64,000 bases of DNA from Trichoplax sp. H2. Lineage: Eukaryota. A program made the translations under genes and the position numbers. The notes under the pieces were generated by a model. That model was not told the origin of the DNA. It was given only the letters and a program-made list of their open reading frames with translations, and ran no database searches. Location: contig NOWV01000011.1 in assembly GCA_003344405.1 (NCBI GenBank), forward strand, positions 124,001 to 188,000, written 5' to 3'. This document shows, in pieces, positions 45,074 through 59,700 of this stretch. Each line of letters begins with the position of its first letter. The first letter of the stretch is position 1.

Positions 45074-48000
45074 TTACTCAAGTGTGTAGTTAAAAAGGGT
45101 TGTCGATCTCCAACTAAGAAGACGCACTACTACGAATGATAACAGTAGAACTCCCAAACCAATGAAGAAAATACCGGTCTGAAACGAAAATTTTTAAATT
45201 GATTAACAAAAATCAATAATAAGATAGATCCTAATCATGAAAACATCTTACTTGCAATGAAGGATTTGGGACAAGAAACATCTTTAAATCAACAGATTGC
45301 CACCTAAAAATATCAAATTTAATTTTAGTCTCATCTTTGGAACATAAATGTCGATCTATAGTCAGGTCTAATTTATAGAATGCAACAAGCATACCTGCTT
45401 TCAGCCCAAGTTGAATAATTTTTAGATTTATAGTCTTTAAGTAAAAATGCAGGAGATACAGCAGGCGAATAATAAACGGTACCCCTATAGCACACGTTTT
45501 TAAAATCTTGTCCTTGAAACCATAAATAATTATATGCCTAGTACAAAGCAATTTCATTAGGGGGATTTCAAGGTATCTTAATCAGCCTAAATTTTAACAT
45601 AGTTCATTTAATACTTACAGAGTTGTCTGACGTATTAGATTTACAATTGCTCTGCTTGGTTACATCAGCCAACTGATTTCCAGTAAAATACATCATTAAA
45701 TGGTTAGTTAAATTCGTGACTTGATTAGGGCTTTGAGATACTCCCACCATACGAGGATACGCTGATGATGCTATTTAATTTAAATTAAAATCAACTGTTA
45801 AGCTCTATATCCATTCTAAGGATTGTAGCCATCTTTTGCGATCTACTTACGTAAATTTTTAGCATTACTATTCGAAACAACCTGCTGAAAGAGGGTGCAT
45901 GATGCATTCTGAAGGAAACAGTGTAGCAACTCTGAGGTCTATAATAAAACATGCGAAAAATATTAATATTGTACCGGTAATATTATTAACGCAATTTGAA
46001 CGGAGTAATTACTACTAAGAGCTTACCATATCTTCATCTGCTGTTATTTTCGACAGGTCAGGAGTAGGATTAGAATCAGAAGCCAACATATAAAGAGTTC
46101 TTGCAACAGTTGTTGCCAATCTGGTTAGACGCTGCAAACAAGTGTGGAGTCAGCCCGGTTACAGTTCTTACATTGTAGTTACCTTTATTTTTTAGCAAGT
46201 AGATTTAGGATCGAATTTATACCTTTGATAATGAATTTGGATCTCGCAATCCCTGTGAAGATAGCTTATCCATTACTTGGTTCAAAGAATCATAATGGCT
46301 GTTATAATAGCTAAAAAACGAAAGTAGCTTTCAATTCGATAATATTTTCTCAATCGTATGAAACGATATCTATAGCGAAGGTTATCAAATTTATCTTACG
46401 CATTCGTAAAATTTTTTTTATGATCAGTTAATACGAGGCCAGATAGTCCACTATCTTTACGAAGAAACCTTTGTACTGAAGCTGGTGGAAGAGGCAAATC
46501 ATTGGATGCCTTACTAATATTAACTCCAGCACCAGTTCCCGCTTTTACCAATGCAGCGAAAAAAGCATCATTCTAAAACGGTAGACCCGAAATTTCTTGT
46601 GATACATGATTGATCATGCACAGATAAAAATTAAAGAATCAAGAGAATAAAATAATTTTGATACATACCCTCGATTTATCACCACTAGATGGGTCAAAGT
46701 GAGCCCATAAGGATTTTTCATCTTCCAGTCCTACCTGTCTAAGTTCTAAAAATTGACCAATGTTTTTCAATGTAATATTAGCCGGCCAATCCTAAAATGA
46801 ATCAAGTCAAATATTAGAAAGTTGAATTGTTAACACTCTGTTAATGCTAATTTGCCTTAGAATTGCCTGGAAACATTCCACTCTCCATATCATATACCAT
46901 CCTTGAGGATCCAATGTAGTCCCAGCTTTCCTAAATTTAATATAAATTCATCGTTATGGTAATAAATTATCACTAGATGCATTGATAAAGTCAATGATCG
47001 CATACTCCTTGAAAAAATGCAAACATAATAGGCTTTTTCGGCTTCGTTAGCTTATTCTAGAGAAATTAAAATAGTAAGTAGTTAGCATAGCAAACAATAG
47101 TCGCTGACTACAAATAAAGTTTAAACAAACCGAATTTTTGGCTTTACCCAAGGCATATGCTGCAGATAATAAAGTTATGAAGCCTGAAGCATCATTATCA
47201 GTTCCTGGTGCAAAGTTGTAAAACTGGGATATGGAATCCAACTATAAGTTTAAAAGTTAGCTTAATCATTAATTTATGACTAGTACTGCTTTGATAACAT
47301 TGCTATAACATTAAACACTAAACCGATAGCAATGATAATACATTACAGAAACATTTTTTGTACTTTGTGCGTAAATGTATACATTGAAGAGATCTCGTAA
47401 ATTAAGCTATACTGTACTGTAGTACTGGGTAGGCTATCAATGACTGATATACCTGTGCCGCTGCAATTATGAGTTCCCTTTCTTTAAGAGGGTTATTCAT
47501 TGGATATAGTGTCGACCATACATTACTATCGCCAAGGGGATCACAAAATCCTATTACGTAGTATTAAAATAGCCAAATTATGCGTTAATTCTAATGCTTC
47601 CCTATACAGATTCTTACAATATTCATACCTCCAGATGTTAATGAACCAGCAATATTTCTACGCATGCAAACTTCAGTATTAGAAGGAGTAAACATGAAAT
47701 CTCCCATTTGTACCGCACACAACGGATAAATTAGCTCTCCCTTGCTTGTAGGCATATTATGCTTATGGTAGCACTACAATGAGATTTTGTTCAGTGGTTT
47801 TAGTTTAATACCGGATACGGTAGCATTATGTTACGTAAGTTTCTATATCTACTAATAAATCTCGGCTAGTACGCTTGTAACTCATATATACGTATAGGAT
47901 ATAAAACCTGTTTTAGTCTTTGAATGTCATCCTCCATATAAACACGGAATATAGGAAAATCGAAACTTTTGTATAACATTCCACTTCCCTTTTTAGTGCA

Positions 48001-49659
48001 AAATACATCGATAAAGTGCATTAAAGTAACTGAAAGCAATACCAATTTATCTTTACGCTGTAGAGTAAGCTTACATGAGGATTCCACTCTATTCTTTTGC
48101 AACTCTGATATTGGCTATTGTCAACGTACATGCCTAAATAGTTAAGTGAATATAATTAATGGCTTCGAAAGCATTAGTTGGATATATCTATGAAATAATT
48201 ACGATTACTTTAATTTCTCTAAATTATTTTACCGAAGCCATCGTTGGGACATGGTTTATCAGGAGAATAAGCTAATATAAATGTAATTATAAAGTTTCAC
48301 CAATTTGATAGTCATTTAAATTAGGCAAATATGATTACTATTTGAAAAAATATTAAGGAATGATTATAATATATGCCTATAGTAGTAGAAATACCGTCAG
48401 GAATTTCTTTATCATCAGAAGCAGTATCATTAGCTCCTAGTATAATGATTCCAGCAATCTTTCGCTTACTCATTAAGAAATTGACGTTGTCTCTGTAAGG
48501 AGATTTAATACATAATTAAGTTTTGATTAGTAGATAAGCGATATTAAGTAATGCATTTATGCTGTGATTATGTAGGATTATAGTTAGACGTAAAAGAATT
48601 TTTCAAAACGTATCATTTTATTGCTTTGGTGCAATTTATCGGTAAAGTTCGCCATCATGCAGTTAATCACATCATATTGAATTAATTAATTATAGATTAT
48701 TGTAATACTAGAGGAATAGATGCATTATTTACTACTTACAAATTAAATAACTTTGGAGTCATTAACGGAACATAATCAATATCAAGCTTGCTTGTAGCTA
48801 ATTTATTCATATCAGAAAAACTCTCCACCAAGTGTAAGACGCCAACATTTCGCCAGTACTTGGCTATAGGAAGTACATAAAAAATTTATCCATATAATAC
48901 AATGCATGTTAGATATCTATTTTAACTTTTAAAATTTCTGAACTATATAGAACTACAGCTTTTAACTTTACTCGTATCATTGATATTTTGTGCAATGATG
49001 ATATTAACCTTAAACGTCAACAATAGTGATAAGCAATTAGCATAGTACTGTGTCATTGTTACTTACAGGTGCATCCAATGCTGTGATTCTTATTGGTGTA
49101 CCTGACGCAATAATTAAATGAGGTGATATCACGGTATACCAGTTTATTCACTGTTTGGCCGTGAGCAACTGTCCAAAAAATGAGTCAAGATTAAGAACGG
49201 TACTACTTCTTTATCTCTTGTCAAATACAAGTAATCTATTTTTCGATTCAATTGGTAGAAATACGGTTACAACAAGGTTGTAATAATAGTGATGAGCAGT
49301 AATATAGCCACCGTTGTTCATTGATAGTACTACATTTAACTCTAAATTTACCTTACTCTTATTAATTACAATGACTAAGTAGCATACTTTTGGTTTATAC
49401 CATATATCAAATACGTAATCAATTCTACTATACAGTACTGTGATCATGACTGAATTCCATTTCTTCTCATTGTTCGTTTCCATCGAGCGAAATCAATTCT
49501 ACGTGTATGTACATACCAAACTCGTAAACTAATGGATTGAAAACTGATCTAATTCTATATGCTACAGATATTAAGGCATATAATCCAGTGATTACCGTGA
49601 CATATCAAGATTAACCAAGCAAGCCGTAGTAGAAATCGATCACAACAGTTGGGCTTCAT
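45074..49659 (-). CDS. NCSTN: Nicastrin (gamma-secretase subunit), multi-exon
   Basis: Signal peptide MKPNCCDRFLLRLAWLILICHG; CVRYTNKNHSIGC; CDPLGDSNVW; APGTDNDASGFITLLSAA; ESWDYIGSSRMVYDM (DYIGS motif); LPPASVQRFLRK; C-terminal TM GIFFIGLGVLLLSFVVV; stop at 45074. Confidence 0.95.
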
Positions 49660-49719
49660 CTTTTCTCCAGTGGGGGAAATGACGTTTTCCTTCCAATCCT
49701 TCAGTGGAGTGCGATCATG

Positions 49720-50075
49720 GTGCTGTACGATACAGTACAGTGCGATATAACAGTATAGGACACTACTGTACCGTGCTGATAAAAGTTGACTAAGGTTTAC
49801 ACTAGACTGGATTCTAACTGTAAGCACTGCAGATATAGTGCTACAGTACAGTACTGTACTGTAATAAGCAGATACAGTACTGTACACTGTAGCGTACATC
49901 TGTATAGCAGTACTGACGTCATACTGTACCTTACTGTACAGACAGTTACAGTACTGTACTGTAAACGTTATACTGTACTGTACTGTCTGTACTGCATAAG
50001 TACTAGACTGGACTGGATCGGACCAAGCTGGACTTAGTCTTATAGTATGCAATACTGACTCACACTACAGTACAA
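49720..50075. repeat. TACAG/CTGTA-rich low-complexity array in the NCSTN/BBIP1 divergent promoter (strongest of several such arrays)
   Basis: Dense cagtac/tactgtac pentamer-like repeats on both strands. They produce the spurious TVQY/YSTV ORFs in the track. Confidence 0.8.
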
Positions 50076-50130
50076 AGAAAGTGCTGGTACCGAATAGCTA
50101 TCTACTGAGTCAACTCAACTGGAGGCACTC

Positions 50131-50143
50131 GTAACTTGGATAC
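50131..50143. promoter_or_regulatory. RFX X-box variant (GTAACT-T-GGATAC) upstream of BBIP1
   Basis: Two RFX half sites with a 1-nt spacer, about 155 bp before the proposed ATG of a BBSome gene. Confidence 0.55.
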
Positions 50144-50297
50144 CAACTTGATATAACATCGAACTTGGACGTATTCACATCGGCAAACGTAAGCGGTTAT
50201 TAATTCAAAGTACTAGGGTACCTACTTTAATCAGGCTTTATCTGATACGGTTTGATAATAATTTAGTAAATCTAGTAAATTCTATTCCTCGCTCAGG

Positions 50298-51401
50298 ATG
50301 CTATCGCCAGAGGTAAGATTAAGATAACATTCTTAACGTACTACTGTAAGCGTATTATGCCACCATCCTAAGTATACACGAAAAGTGATTCCTAGAACAA
50401 CGTCATTAATTTTACTAGGGATAGTCGATTAAGTCTTGAGAGATAAAAGCTTTCATAGAAGTGCTTAATAATCAATACTTTAATGTGAACTTTGAGTAAT
50501 TTTTAGTTAGCCTCTAGTGCAATCATGCTCTTACTTAGTATTGTAGAGACCTAGACGTGATATCAATTGTTGTTGCACTATTGCATTGCAATTTTCAATA
50601 GTATATTATAATAAAATGTACGAGTATGTATAGTACATATTTTTAAGATTATTTACGAAGGTATGAACGAGTACCAACGATTAAATACAAAGAGAGTCTA
50701 GACTATTTATACAATAACTACCAGTATCATATAAGTTTATACATACGTGAACGTAATAGAAGTATAAAATTATGATGCCTTTACATCAAGCAATTAATTT
50801 ATTAGTAACTCTTCTAATTACTGCTTGAACATCATTAGAATGGAAGAGTATAAGTTGCAGTATTACACGTATACAACTGCAGTTGGTGACAATTACATAA
50901 ATCACGTTTTGCTTAAATTATAACACACTAATAAGTATGAATACACGCTTGCAGTATAGAGATAGTGCTAGAGGCGCTTCAAAAACAATTAAGGAAGTTT
51001 TACCCAAGTGTGGTATGCTGTTTGCTGAAGAAGGTGCTCAAGCTGTAAGTTTATCTTTAAAACAGATATTATTATGTCCGATGTGTAAAGAATTTAACTG
51101 CATTGCATTATGTATTTACAAGATTCTTTGCAAACCGAAATTAATGCCTTTGAAATCGGTTACACTTGAAAAACTAGATAAGATGCAAAAAGAGGCAAGT
51201 ATTATATTATAGTTGATCGTCAACTATCATCAGTTATTTCCTTTTTCGTAGTATTAATGCTGCATATAAACCTCCATTCCACTTATCACCTATTAAATAA
51301 TGTTTGCAAAACTATCGATCCAATAATATATTTAGGCTCAAGAAACTGTTAAGCAACAGGAACTTCAAAAATTAGCTGAGGAAGAAGAAAAGATCGCTTG
51401 A
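50298..51401 (+). CDS. BBIP1: BBSome-interacting protein 1 (BBIP10/BBS18)
   Basis: Exons 50298-50312 (tentative), 50955-51044 (IKEVLPKCGMLFAEE), 51123-51194 (ILCKPKLMPLKSVTLEKLDKMQKE) and 51336-51401 (AQETVKQQE..*). Confidence 0.93.
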
Positions 51402-52288
51402 ATACAATATATGTATAGTTTAAGACAACATCTAATATACTGTCATTCTATAAAGCATTCTACAGAAAAAATGTGAATTTTTTCAAATTACAATCAATCA
51501 GTATCTTAACTAGATAGACGATTCATCCGGGAGTAATGATAGTGTAGTGATACTTCAGTAGGAGAGTGTACTACTTGAACTATAGATAATATAGCGTGTT
51601 CAAATTTCCGGATATATTGCACACTTCCATGCAATAGCAATTATAATTGATACCGTATAATTTATTAAAATTTGTTCATGATTGCTTAAATTATCTTAGT
51701 TATTGCTGCCGTTCTATTGATTATCGCGTGTAAATAGATGAACTCAAGGCATATTATGGCTAGATTGTAATTTAAGATCACCTACACTTGAAACCTCCAT
51801 GATAAAATGTAATGCATATTCACGTATCAAATCATAAGCTTTAATAAACTTTATATTTCAAATTAAGTCCAATGATACTTTCTTAAATATTGTGATATAC
51901 CTAAAACTACTAATTACATATCATGAATACACATAGAAGCTACATAGTAAGCATGTGTAGTAAGCATATATTGCATAATTTAGGGATATCTTGAATAGAA
52001 TTAAGAGCCATGTAAGTATTTCATATATAATAAAGCATTGCTAACCAGCAACTGTACAAACAGTGAAAACTTTAAGCTATTAAAACATAAGATATTTAAT
52101 TTAATCATGATTTCAACTTTATGCCGATAATGCTATATTTATTCCCTAAAAATATAGAAAAAAATTTAATTTTATAAAAAACGATAACCTTTTTACGTTG
52201 ATCAGATTTAAGTCACAATCTACGTCTCTATGGAATAAATGCATAAAGTAGTTTGATTTAAGAGTATATGTGCCTTTGCAGAACAGTC

Positions 52289-53344
52289 TTACGCTGTTTT
52301 TGCAAATTTCTTCCACTGATCAACATACGCAGCTCCAGATGTTGTCAGAAATGTGTTATATGTGTTTCTAAGAGGAGGGAGATCTAACTCTGGTTGATGA
52401 GCAGGAAAGGCATATTTATCTCTACCTGTAATGTTTTAAATCGTAATATATATATCATTTATCAAGAAATTTGAGATATTTGATACTGGAATAACTAATT
52501 TTTCATAGCCTATTTTAAAACACAATCTAGCAGTCCAAATTATGGTATCTTTTCAAATACTACTTCGTTAATTATAATCACGCTATTTTACGGCTTACTT
52601 TTTAACTTGCGAACTTGGTGGTCGATTTCTGGGGACTTTTTCGAAACGTATTCGACATTGTAGGTGGTTTCATAGTAGTGAGAAAACTATACAAGAATAA
52701 CAACTGGGGTTTTAATGTTTATTTTAAATGTAAATAATTTTTATTCTAAATCAAGTAATGCACTTTTACTGCAATAAAAAACTGTAAATCGTTATCGCTA
52801 GCTATTAATAATATAATGTACGTTCATATATTGTTATAATTTTTTTGATTAATGTTAATATAATTATTATAAATCATATTACTGCATTGATAAGGATCGT
52901 TTCACTAATATATTGGATAAGCGGATGTATGATCACACTGCTTCAACTATAGCCAACATTATAGCGTAAAGGAAAAAACTATGAATTCTATATAGTTACG
53001 ATTATATAATCACTGTTATACACATTCCATTTTATATATATATGACATACGAGTATATTGGTCATAAAACCAATTAACTTATTCATATGTAAGACAACAT
53101 TATTTAATGATCGTCATTCACTTACCCGTGATGGTAGGCATTTTCTTTTACTTACGCTAGTAAGATCTAGCTTTTCTTCCACCCAGTTACCTACTAGTAC
53201 TCCCTTCCGATAGACATCATCGCGTTTACCAGATCTCCAGCCGAATTGACTAAATTTATTTTTGTCTGTGTGATCCCAAACTTCTCCTTGGGTTGTAGCC
53301 CTCACATAACTCATAAAAGGCAAATCTGTTTGGTTTTGAGCCAT
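52289..53344 (-). CDS. CFAP68: CFAP68 / C11orf1 (UPF0686)-like protein, 3 coding exons
   Basis: KFSQFGWR..VLVGNWVEEK; FSHYYETTY; YAFPAHQPELDLP; stop TAA at 52289. Confidence 0.85.
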
Positions 53345-53457
53345 CTTATGCAAATTAAAGCTTTTACTACAGGTAAGTATGTTTTATAAATTGAACAGCG
53401 GGGCTAACAACATGTCATATACGCACTAACTTCCTATGACTTGGTGGGAAGCCCAAA

Positions 53458-53471
53458 GTTACTATAGCAAC
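53458..53471. promoter_or_regulatory. RFX X-box (GTTACTATAGCAAC) ~115 bp upstream of the CFAP68 ATG
   Basis: Canonical 14-bp X-box. Confidence 0.85.
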
Positions 53472-54514
53472 CATATGATAAATCCAATTTCATGGTACAA
53501 CTGGGGGTCATACTCGTACAGATAGTATAGTCAGTACATTAGCCATTAAGCACCCTTCAGTGTCATACTATTGGTTAAAGAAAAGAGAGGCAGCTTAGTA
53601 GCATTAATTAATTAATTAATTAATAAATTGATTAATTTGTTTTGTTCTCAAAAGAATAGAAAAGCTAGTGATGCGAAGTTACTCGCGTATGATCTTTATC
53701 TGATTTCTATGGCCTCATATTTCTCGAAATTTATAAGATCTACGCAAATTAAAATGGATGTCGACTTGTGCCAAGATAGTTTTGATCCGCATATCTCAGC
53801 CAAACTTTATATTTAGAGTGATGATTCATGTTTTTTATAATTTAGTTATTGTTTAATGGGAGAGTCCTAAAATAATACTGTGACTAAGATCAAGTTCTAG
53901 GACGGTACTAAATATCAAACAGTTCGCCTAAGCAATGATATACATTGTATATTAATATCGTGCAGTGCATGCGTAGAAATAATATAAGACTATACATATG
54001 TACTAAGCATCTTATTAAATTTAATGACTTCTTACTGTCAGTGAATCATATAATGCAGATGATTTGATATCCTAAAGGAATGTTACAGTAAATTATTTCA
54101 GAGTGAATTTACATACCTGCTCGCGAGGCATTGTGGAAGTAAACTTTAAGATATATCGTAGCAAATTTAACACTTTTCTATCGTTTATAGTTTTTTTCTA
54201 CAAAGTCAGCTCTCGTTGCAATTTTGTGCTTAAATTGCCGGCCTTTCAGCTATTTAAGTGAGTTATAGGAAATTCAATCACCTCCGAATTACTGCAATTA
54301 ATTCCACTGTTAAGATATTAAAGTTAATTTTTTATATGTTAATTCTATATTATTTGCAGTCACTATCTGAACAATTTATGCCATATTTGTAGCGGATATA
54401 TGCTTATAAGAACATGCTGCAATCCATAAGCTTCGCTATTTATTAAGATTAACACTGATTCCTTAATTGGACTTCTATACCATACTTTCTTTTTAGCTGA
54501 AATACGTGTCAAAA

Positions 54515-55653
54515 ATGGTTCTTGATGGTGAATATTATGCCGCTACAACTATTGTAGTGACTACTCTAATCATTTATTATGGTCGTGACTTGCACTTAAA
54601 AACTTTGAGCCACTGTCAGTATCTTCCAACTGTATTTGCTATAATATTTAGTTGGCATCGTGGCACTCTGCAATCTTTATTACATCGAGCTCTTTTATTA
54701 AATCAAAGCTATCAGGTACACAGTACACAGCTTAAGTTAACTTCACTGGTTTTTTTAAAATAGTTTTAATTATGATATTCTACATAAATTATGGCGTAAT
54801 CGCTTGTTTTATAGTCATTAGAGATCATAATAGGTACAGCCTTAGTAATCCTTATTATGTAGCATTCTGCTGTTTCATAAAGCATATCCAAACTATTGCT
54901 ATGTCGATTTAAGAATCGATAACGTATCAACAATTAAGCGTTTACATAACATAAAATTTTTTGTTGTGATTTCTTAACTTAAATAGAAAAAGCTGATAAG
55001 AAAGATATTCCATATAACTGAACTATATTAAATTTTGGGTTGATTATTTTAATAAGGTTATCGGGCTTCATATAATGCAAGGGATTACGATAGCTGCAGC
55101 TTCCATTGGACTAGTAGCAATGCTAGATGTCTTTTTGGGCTGGGGTATCATTAAGCAAAGTAAAAACTCAAACACTATTTTTGGACCAAACACAATTTCG
55201 AATTATGGCATCTTTAGTTTATTGAGAGCTTTTGGAGAAGAATTTGGTTGGCGCTGCTATCTCATGCCGATACTTTTGGCAAAATACAACGTCATGGAAA
55301 CATTATTTATTAGTGGTATCATCTGGGCATTATTTCATATTCCAATTATGATATTACTAACTGCTAGATATGAAGTTGAAAGACCGTTGTATACCTGGGT
55401 GCTGCAAGGCTTATCTGTATTTCTTGACGCTTATGTATTTGGTTGGTTATCAATCCAGACAAATTACTCCCTATGGGCTGCAGGATCATTTCATGCTGCA
55501 TGGAATTTCATTAATCCAATTGTGTTGGGTAGCGTATATACAAATACAGATGGCATTATTAAAGGAGAACTATGGAAAATTAACGGTGAAGGCTTAGCTG
55601 GTTGTATTGTTAGTCTTATGATGATTTATTTAATACAGTTAAATATATCTTAG
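54515..55653 (+). CDS. CPBP/Abi (type II CAAX protease-like) intramembrane protease of bacterial appearance
   Basis: GEEFGWRCYL (EExxxR), WALFHIP and FHAAWNF (HxxxN). Exon 54515-54715 joins in frame (phase 0) to exon 55057-55653 through a GT-AG intron. Confidence 0.8.
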
Positions 55654-56773
55654 CTCTTGTAGTTAATTTTAAAAAGTCATTTATAGAAAGTAATTACATT
55701 TTAAAAATAATTAATTTCATTAGAGCCAGTTACTTTTGTCTTCGTTTATATGTTGCTAAGAGTAAGTATCTATAAATGTATCATTGCATACGACTTGCAT
55801 AAATGCTAATATTGATACTGTATCATTTTCAATCTGACTGACCACACATTGGCTGAATAGCACCTAATAGCTCTACTAGCATTACATTGAGAGTAAATAG
55901 ATAATTTGCAAATAAAAGTGCAGTATCTGTTTCTTTAAGTTCTTCGATCTTGCGAAAGAGCTACTGAGGATCAGATAAGCTAAATCGGTAGGAAAAATGT
56001 TGAAGTTCCATTTCGCAAAATCTTTTCACTCTTTTGCCAATATCCGTATCCGTATTCATTCTCACAAATCAATTAATAAATTTTTAACCTAGATGTATTA
56101 CAAATTAATTCGTAAGTTGTACACACTCTTAGACCTGGTTTTTGCAAGTTTCTACAGAACAGTCATGACAGTAAAATGACGGAGTTTATTTATGATCTCA
56201 AAATCTTTAACTTTTTCTCACTATCAAATTTTATTATTAAATTCTTCTGACCAATAACTGCTATAAAAGTCTTCATACATGTGTTACTCTAATATGCTTT
56301 TCAATACGTAGAAATATAATCGGTATAATTTAATGCCTACACAAAATGTACATTTCTATTACAGAAAGTAATAATTCTTTCTATGTACACATATAGAGGA
56401 TTTAGTGTAGTAGCCCACAGGTAGACTGATGATGGCATTCTACTTTATAAGAATACTGGCGCTACTATTATGGAGGCTTTGGGGAATATGCAAAGAAAGC
56501 TTACCTTGTTCTATTTATTAGCGTTATAATGATATTGATATTTAATTCAATTAAACTTAACTTAAACTTTTGTACAAAGTTTGCAAATAAGTTTATTGAA
56601 AGCAAATTTAGTTTTCAAATCAATTCAGTTAATAAGAATCAATCATTTCCCGTTTTATCGTCCTAGTATACTGGTATATCCCTTACTAAAAGGAGATATT
56701 TCAAAATATACAACCAAATAGAGATTATATCAGTGATAATTTTAGTTTTTTAATTACAGCTAGTATAATAACA

Positions 56774-59700
56774 TTAATACAAGTTGATGGTAGGTTGCAT
56801 AATAGTATCAGTAGTAAAGATTCCTAATTGTGCCATTTCTGTTTTTAACTTCGTCATCATATCACCTGAAAGTTCCTGTAATGGAGAGCGAGGAATACCA
56901 ATGTCTAATCCCCGCAAGGTCAACATTGCTTTATGAACAGTAACCTCATTACCTGCCAACGTAATAAATCAAAATTGATAATCAAATATCATTCCTCTAA
57001 TATTTCTGGATATATTCTTAAAATATATTTGATAATTGAGGTGTTGTACGCACTGTATGAACCTAATTTTCTGTGTACAGCGTTAACAATGCCCTATTAA
57101 TAAGAGAAATTGAAATTGTCAGGGCAAAAATCTAATAAAACAAAGTAATCTGCCAACTCCAAAGTAGTAACTCACCGACGACATGAAATACCTTACTTGA
57201 TTAATTATATACTAAAAAGACTTTGATAAATTAGAATAGCATATCTTACTTGCAGCCGTCGAGCTTCGTGTATATTACCAAGTTTAAAGCAATCAATGAT
57301 ACCATTGTATAATTTTCCTAAATAACCATATACGCTAAAATAATTTATCGACAATACAAAAAAAGCAATTAAAATTTTACGATCATTTAAAACGACATAT
57401 GAAATTTCACGCCTTAATAAAATAATTTTAATCTGTAATATTTACTGGCTTTGAAAGATCGTACACCCGACCGCAAGACCTCCTAAAAATTGCTAAAACA
57501 AAGAGTACTCGTAAGATTGTAATTTATTTGCAAATTAAAAAAATGAAACTTAAATGTACTACGAATCTTAAAGTATATTTGAGGCTTAATATTACTTAAG
57601 AAACTTCAGTTGTGTACCTCTTCTCTCCCCATGATCATGAAATAATTTTTCGAATGAACACTCGAGGTTTTACATAGGCCGTAGTCACACAAATTATAAC
57701 CATTGTATTGCGTACCACAGAACGTTGGAACATCAAATGCAATACAGTTCAAAATTTCTTCAAGATTTAGAACAGAAACTACAAATATTTGTTAGTGGTT
57801 GCTCGTAACAGTACGTACTATGCCATAAACTAAAGGTTAAATCAATTGAATACAAAAAATATTTCTCTATAACACATACATGGTTCTGTACTGGATGTAA
57901 TAATAGTTTCTTCAGAGTGATTATATAAGAGAGGTATATTAGGAGCATCGCGAGAAATATTAGACAAGTAATTTGTTAAGGTTGCTAAAGAAAACAATGA
58001 AAAAGAAAGTAAACTTTAGTACCAATGCGATAGTGACACAGGAAAGGATTTCATGCTAACTAGTGATTGTCACTTGGAGATTTTTTAATGCCCAAGCTCC
58101 CTAAGTATCGGTAGTAACTTAAACATAGAATCAAAATTCATCTGCGATATATCTTACCTATTCTAGTTTTATATCCATAACTTGGACAAGTACAACTAAT
58201 AGCTGAAACACCAACGGATTGTGCAAAGCGTGCCTAACAAAAGTATCAGGAATAAAAAACACCATAGCGTAAGTTAAATTAATAAAATCTTTCTACCACT
58301 TTTACTCGTATAGAACGCATGCGTTAAAAATAAAAAAAGAATCGAGTGACTACCAGTTCAGTTGCTGCGTTGAGACAATCGCAACTAACGTTACAGATGA
58401 TTCCCTGAAGTCTACATAAGCAAGTTTTATTATAATAAATTCAATTACCAATAATACAATTATTGCAAATGTAAGTTTAATTGTACGAAATTTACAGTAA
58501 ACATACTTTCCCTGAGATGCTCTAGCCCATTCTTGTACTATGGCTTTCCTTTCGTCGATCGTTAATGATTTATATTCACCAGCATCACTACATACTGTTG
58601 GTTGGTTAGCAATTAGGAGTAACACCCATATTAATCAATATTAACAGAAATAAGTGCGATAAAGATAGATGAAGTAGAGCTTTAGCTTTCATAATATTAA
58701 ACTTACTGTGACAAATCGTAATACCATCGCTGAGTAACAAATTAATATATTGTGGAATTAAGGTTAAATTGAGTTCTCTGCTCGTATAAATATTTTTATT
58801 AGTTATAATAAATGTTAATGTTGTATTGTTGAAATTAAATGATGAGATTAATCTTAGTGATTTAGACTATAGGAATAATTTAAGAGCAACTTAAGGACCA
58901 CCTTACCTATTAGCTATAGTGAACATGACATCACCATATTGTATTCAAAAGAATGTAGGTAATAAATGAGCTAATAGAGTAAACTAACCCGTTACGATGA
59001 AAAGGAGTCAATACGTCAGCTATTAAACCTTCTACCATAAATTGTTTAGGTGTCGTAATCTAGATTTTAATAACAATATCGAATGGTGCAAAATTAATTG
59101 ATTAATATTTTTTCTAAATCTTTAGCAGAAACTAAGGCGAAAATTTTGATTGAAATAGTTGAGATGTATTGCTAATTGTACCATAATTATAATTACTGTA
59201 GTTATGAAAATTATCTAATGTTACTATGGAAAAAGATAGATGATATCTATAATTAATAATACTACAAAAAAGTTATGCAGCACAACATGCTGAATGGAGG
59301 TATTTTTCGTATAACTTACAGGTGATACTTTCATGCCGTCATTTAATTCACCTTGGATGACAGGTCGAAATACTTTACTGGTTAAACGTTTGACACCTGA
59401 TGAAGAAGCTCTTGATCGATTTTGACTAGCATTCGTTTTCTTAGCTCCAGTAATGGTAATAGTAGTAGTAGCCTTGCTGGTGGAATCATTCTGATCATTT
59501 TGCAATTTCCTCACCAATAGCTTTTCATAAGGTTTTCTAGTAATACAGTATATGCATATATTCTGAAATCTCTTAGCGATCGTAAAAATTATTTGCAAAT
59601 TAATTTTATTGTAGCACCTCCACATCGCCTAACTTTTGTATTATACTGTACGAATTGCAATCACAATGATGATTACTATGATTGTGTTACCTAATCATTT

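Noticed and set aside
49555-50052. ORFs rich in TVQY/YSTV (also 40131-40532 and 43741-43941)
   Set aside because: They are translations of TACAG/CTGTA repeats; only the last part of 49555-50052 (from Met 49659) is nicastrin exon 1.
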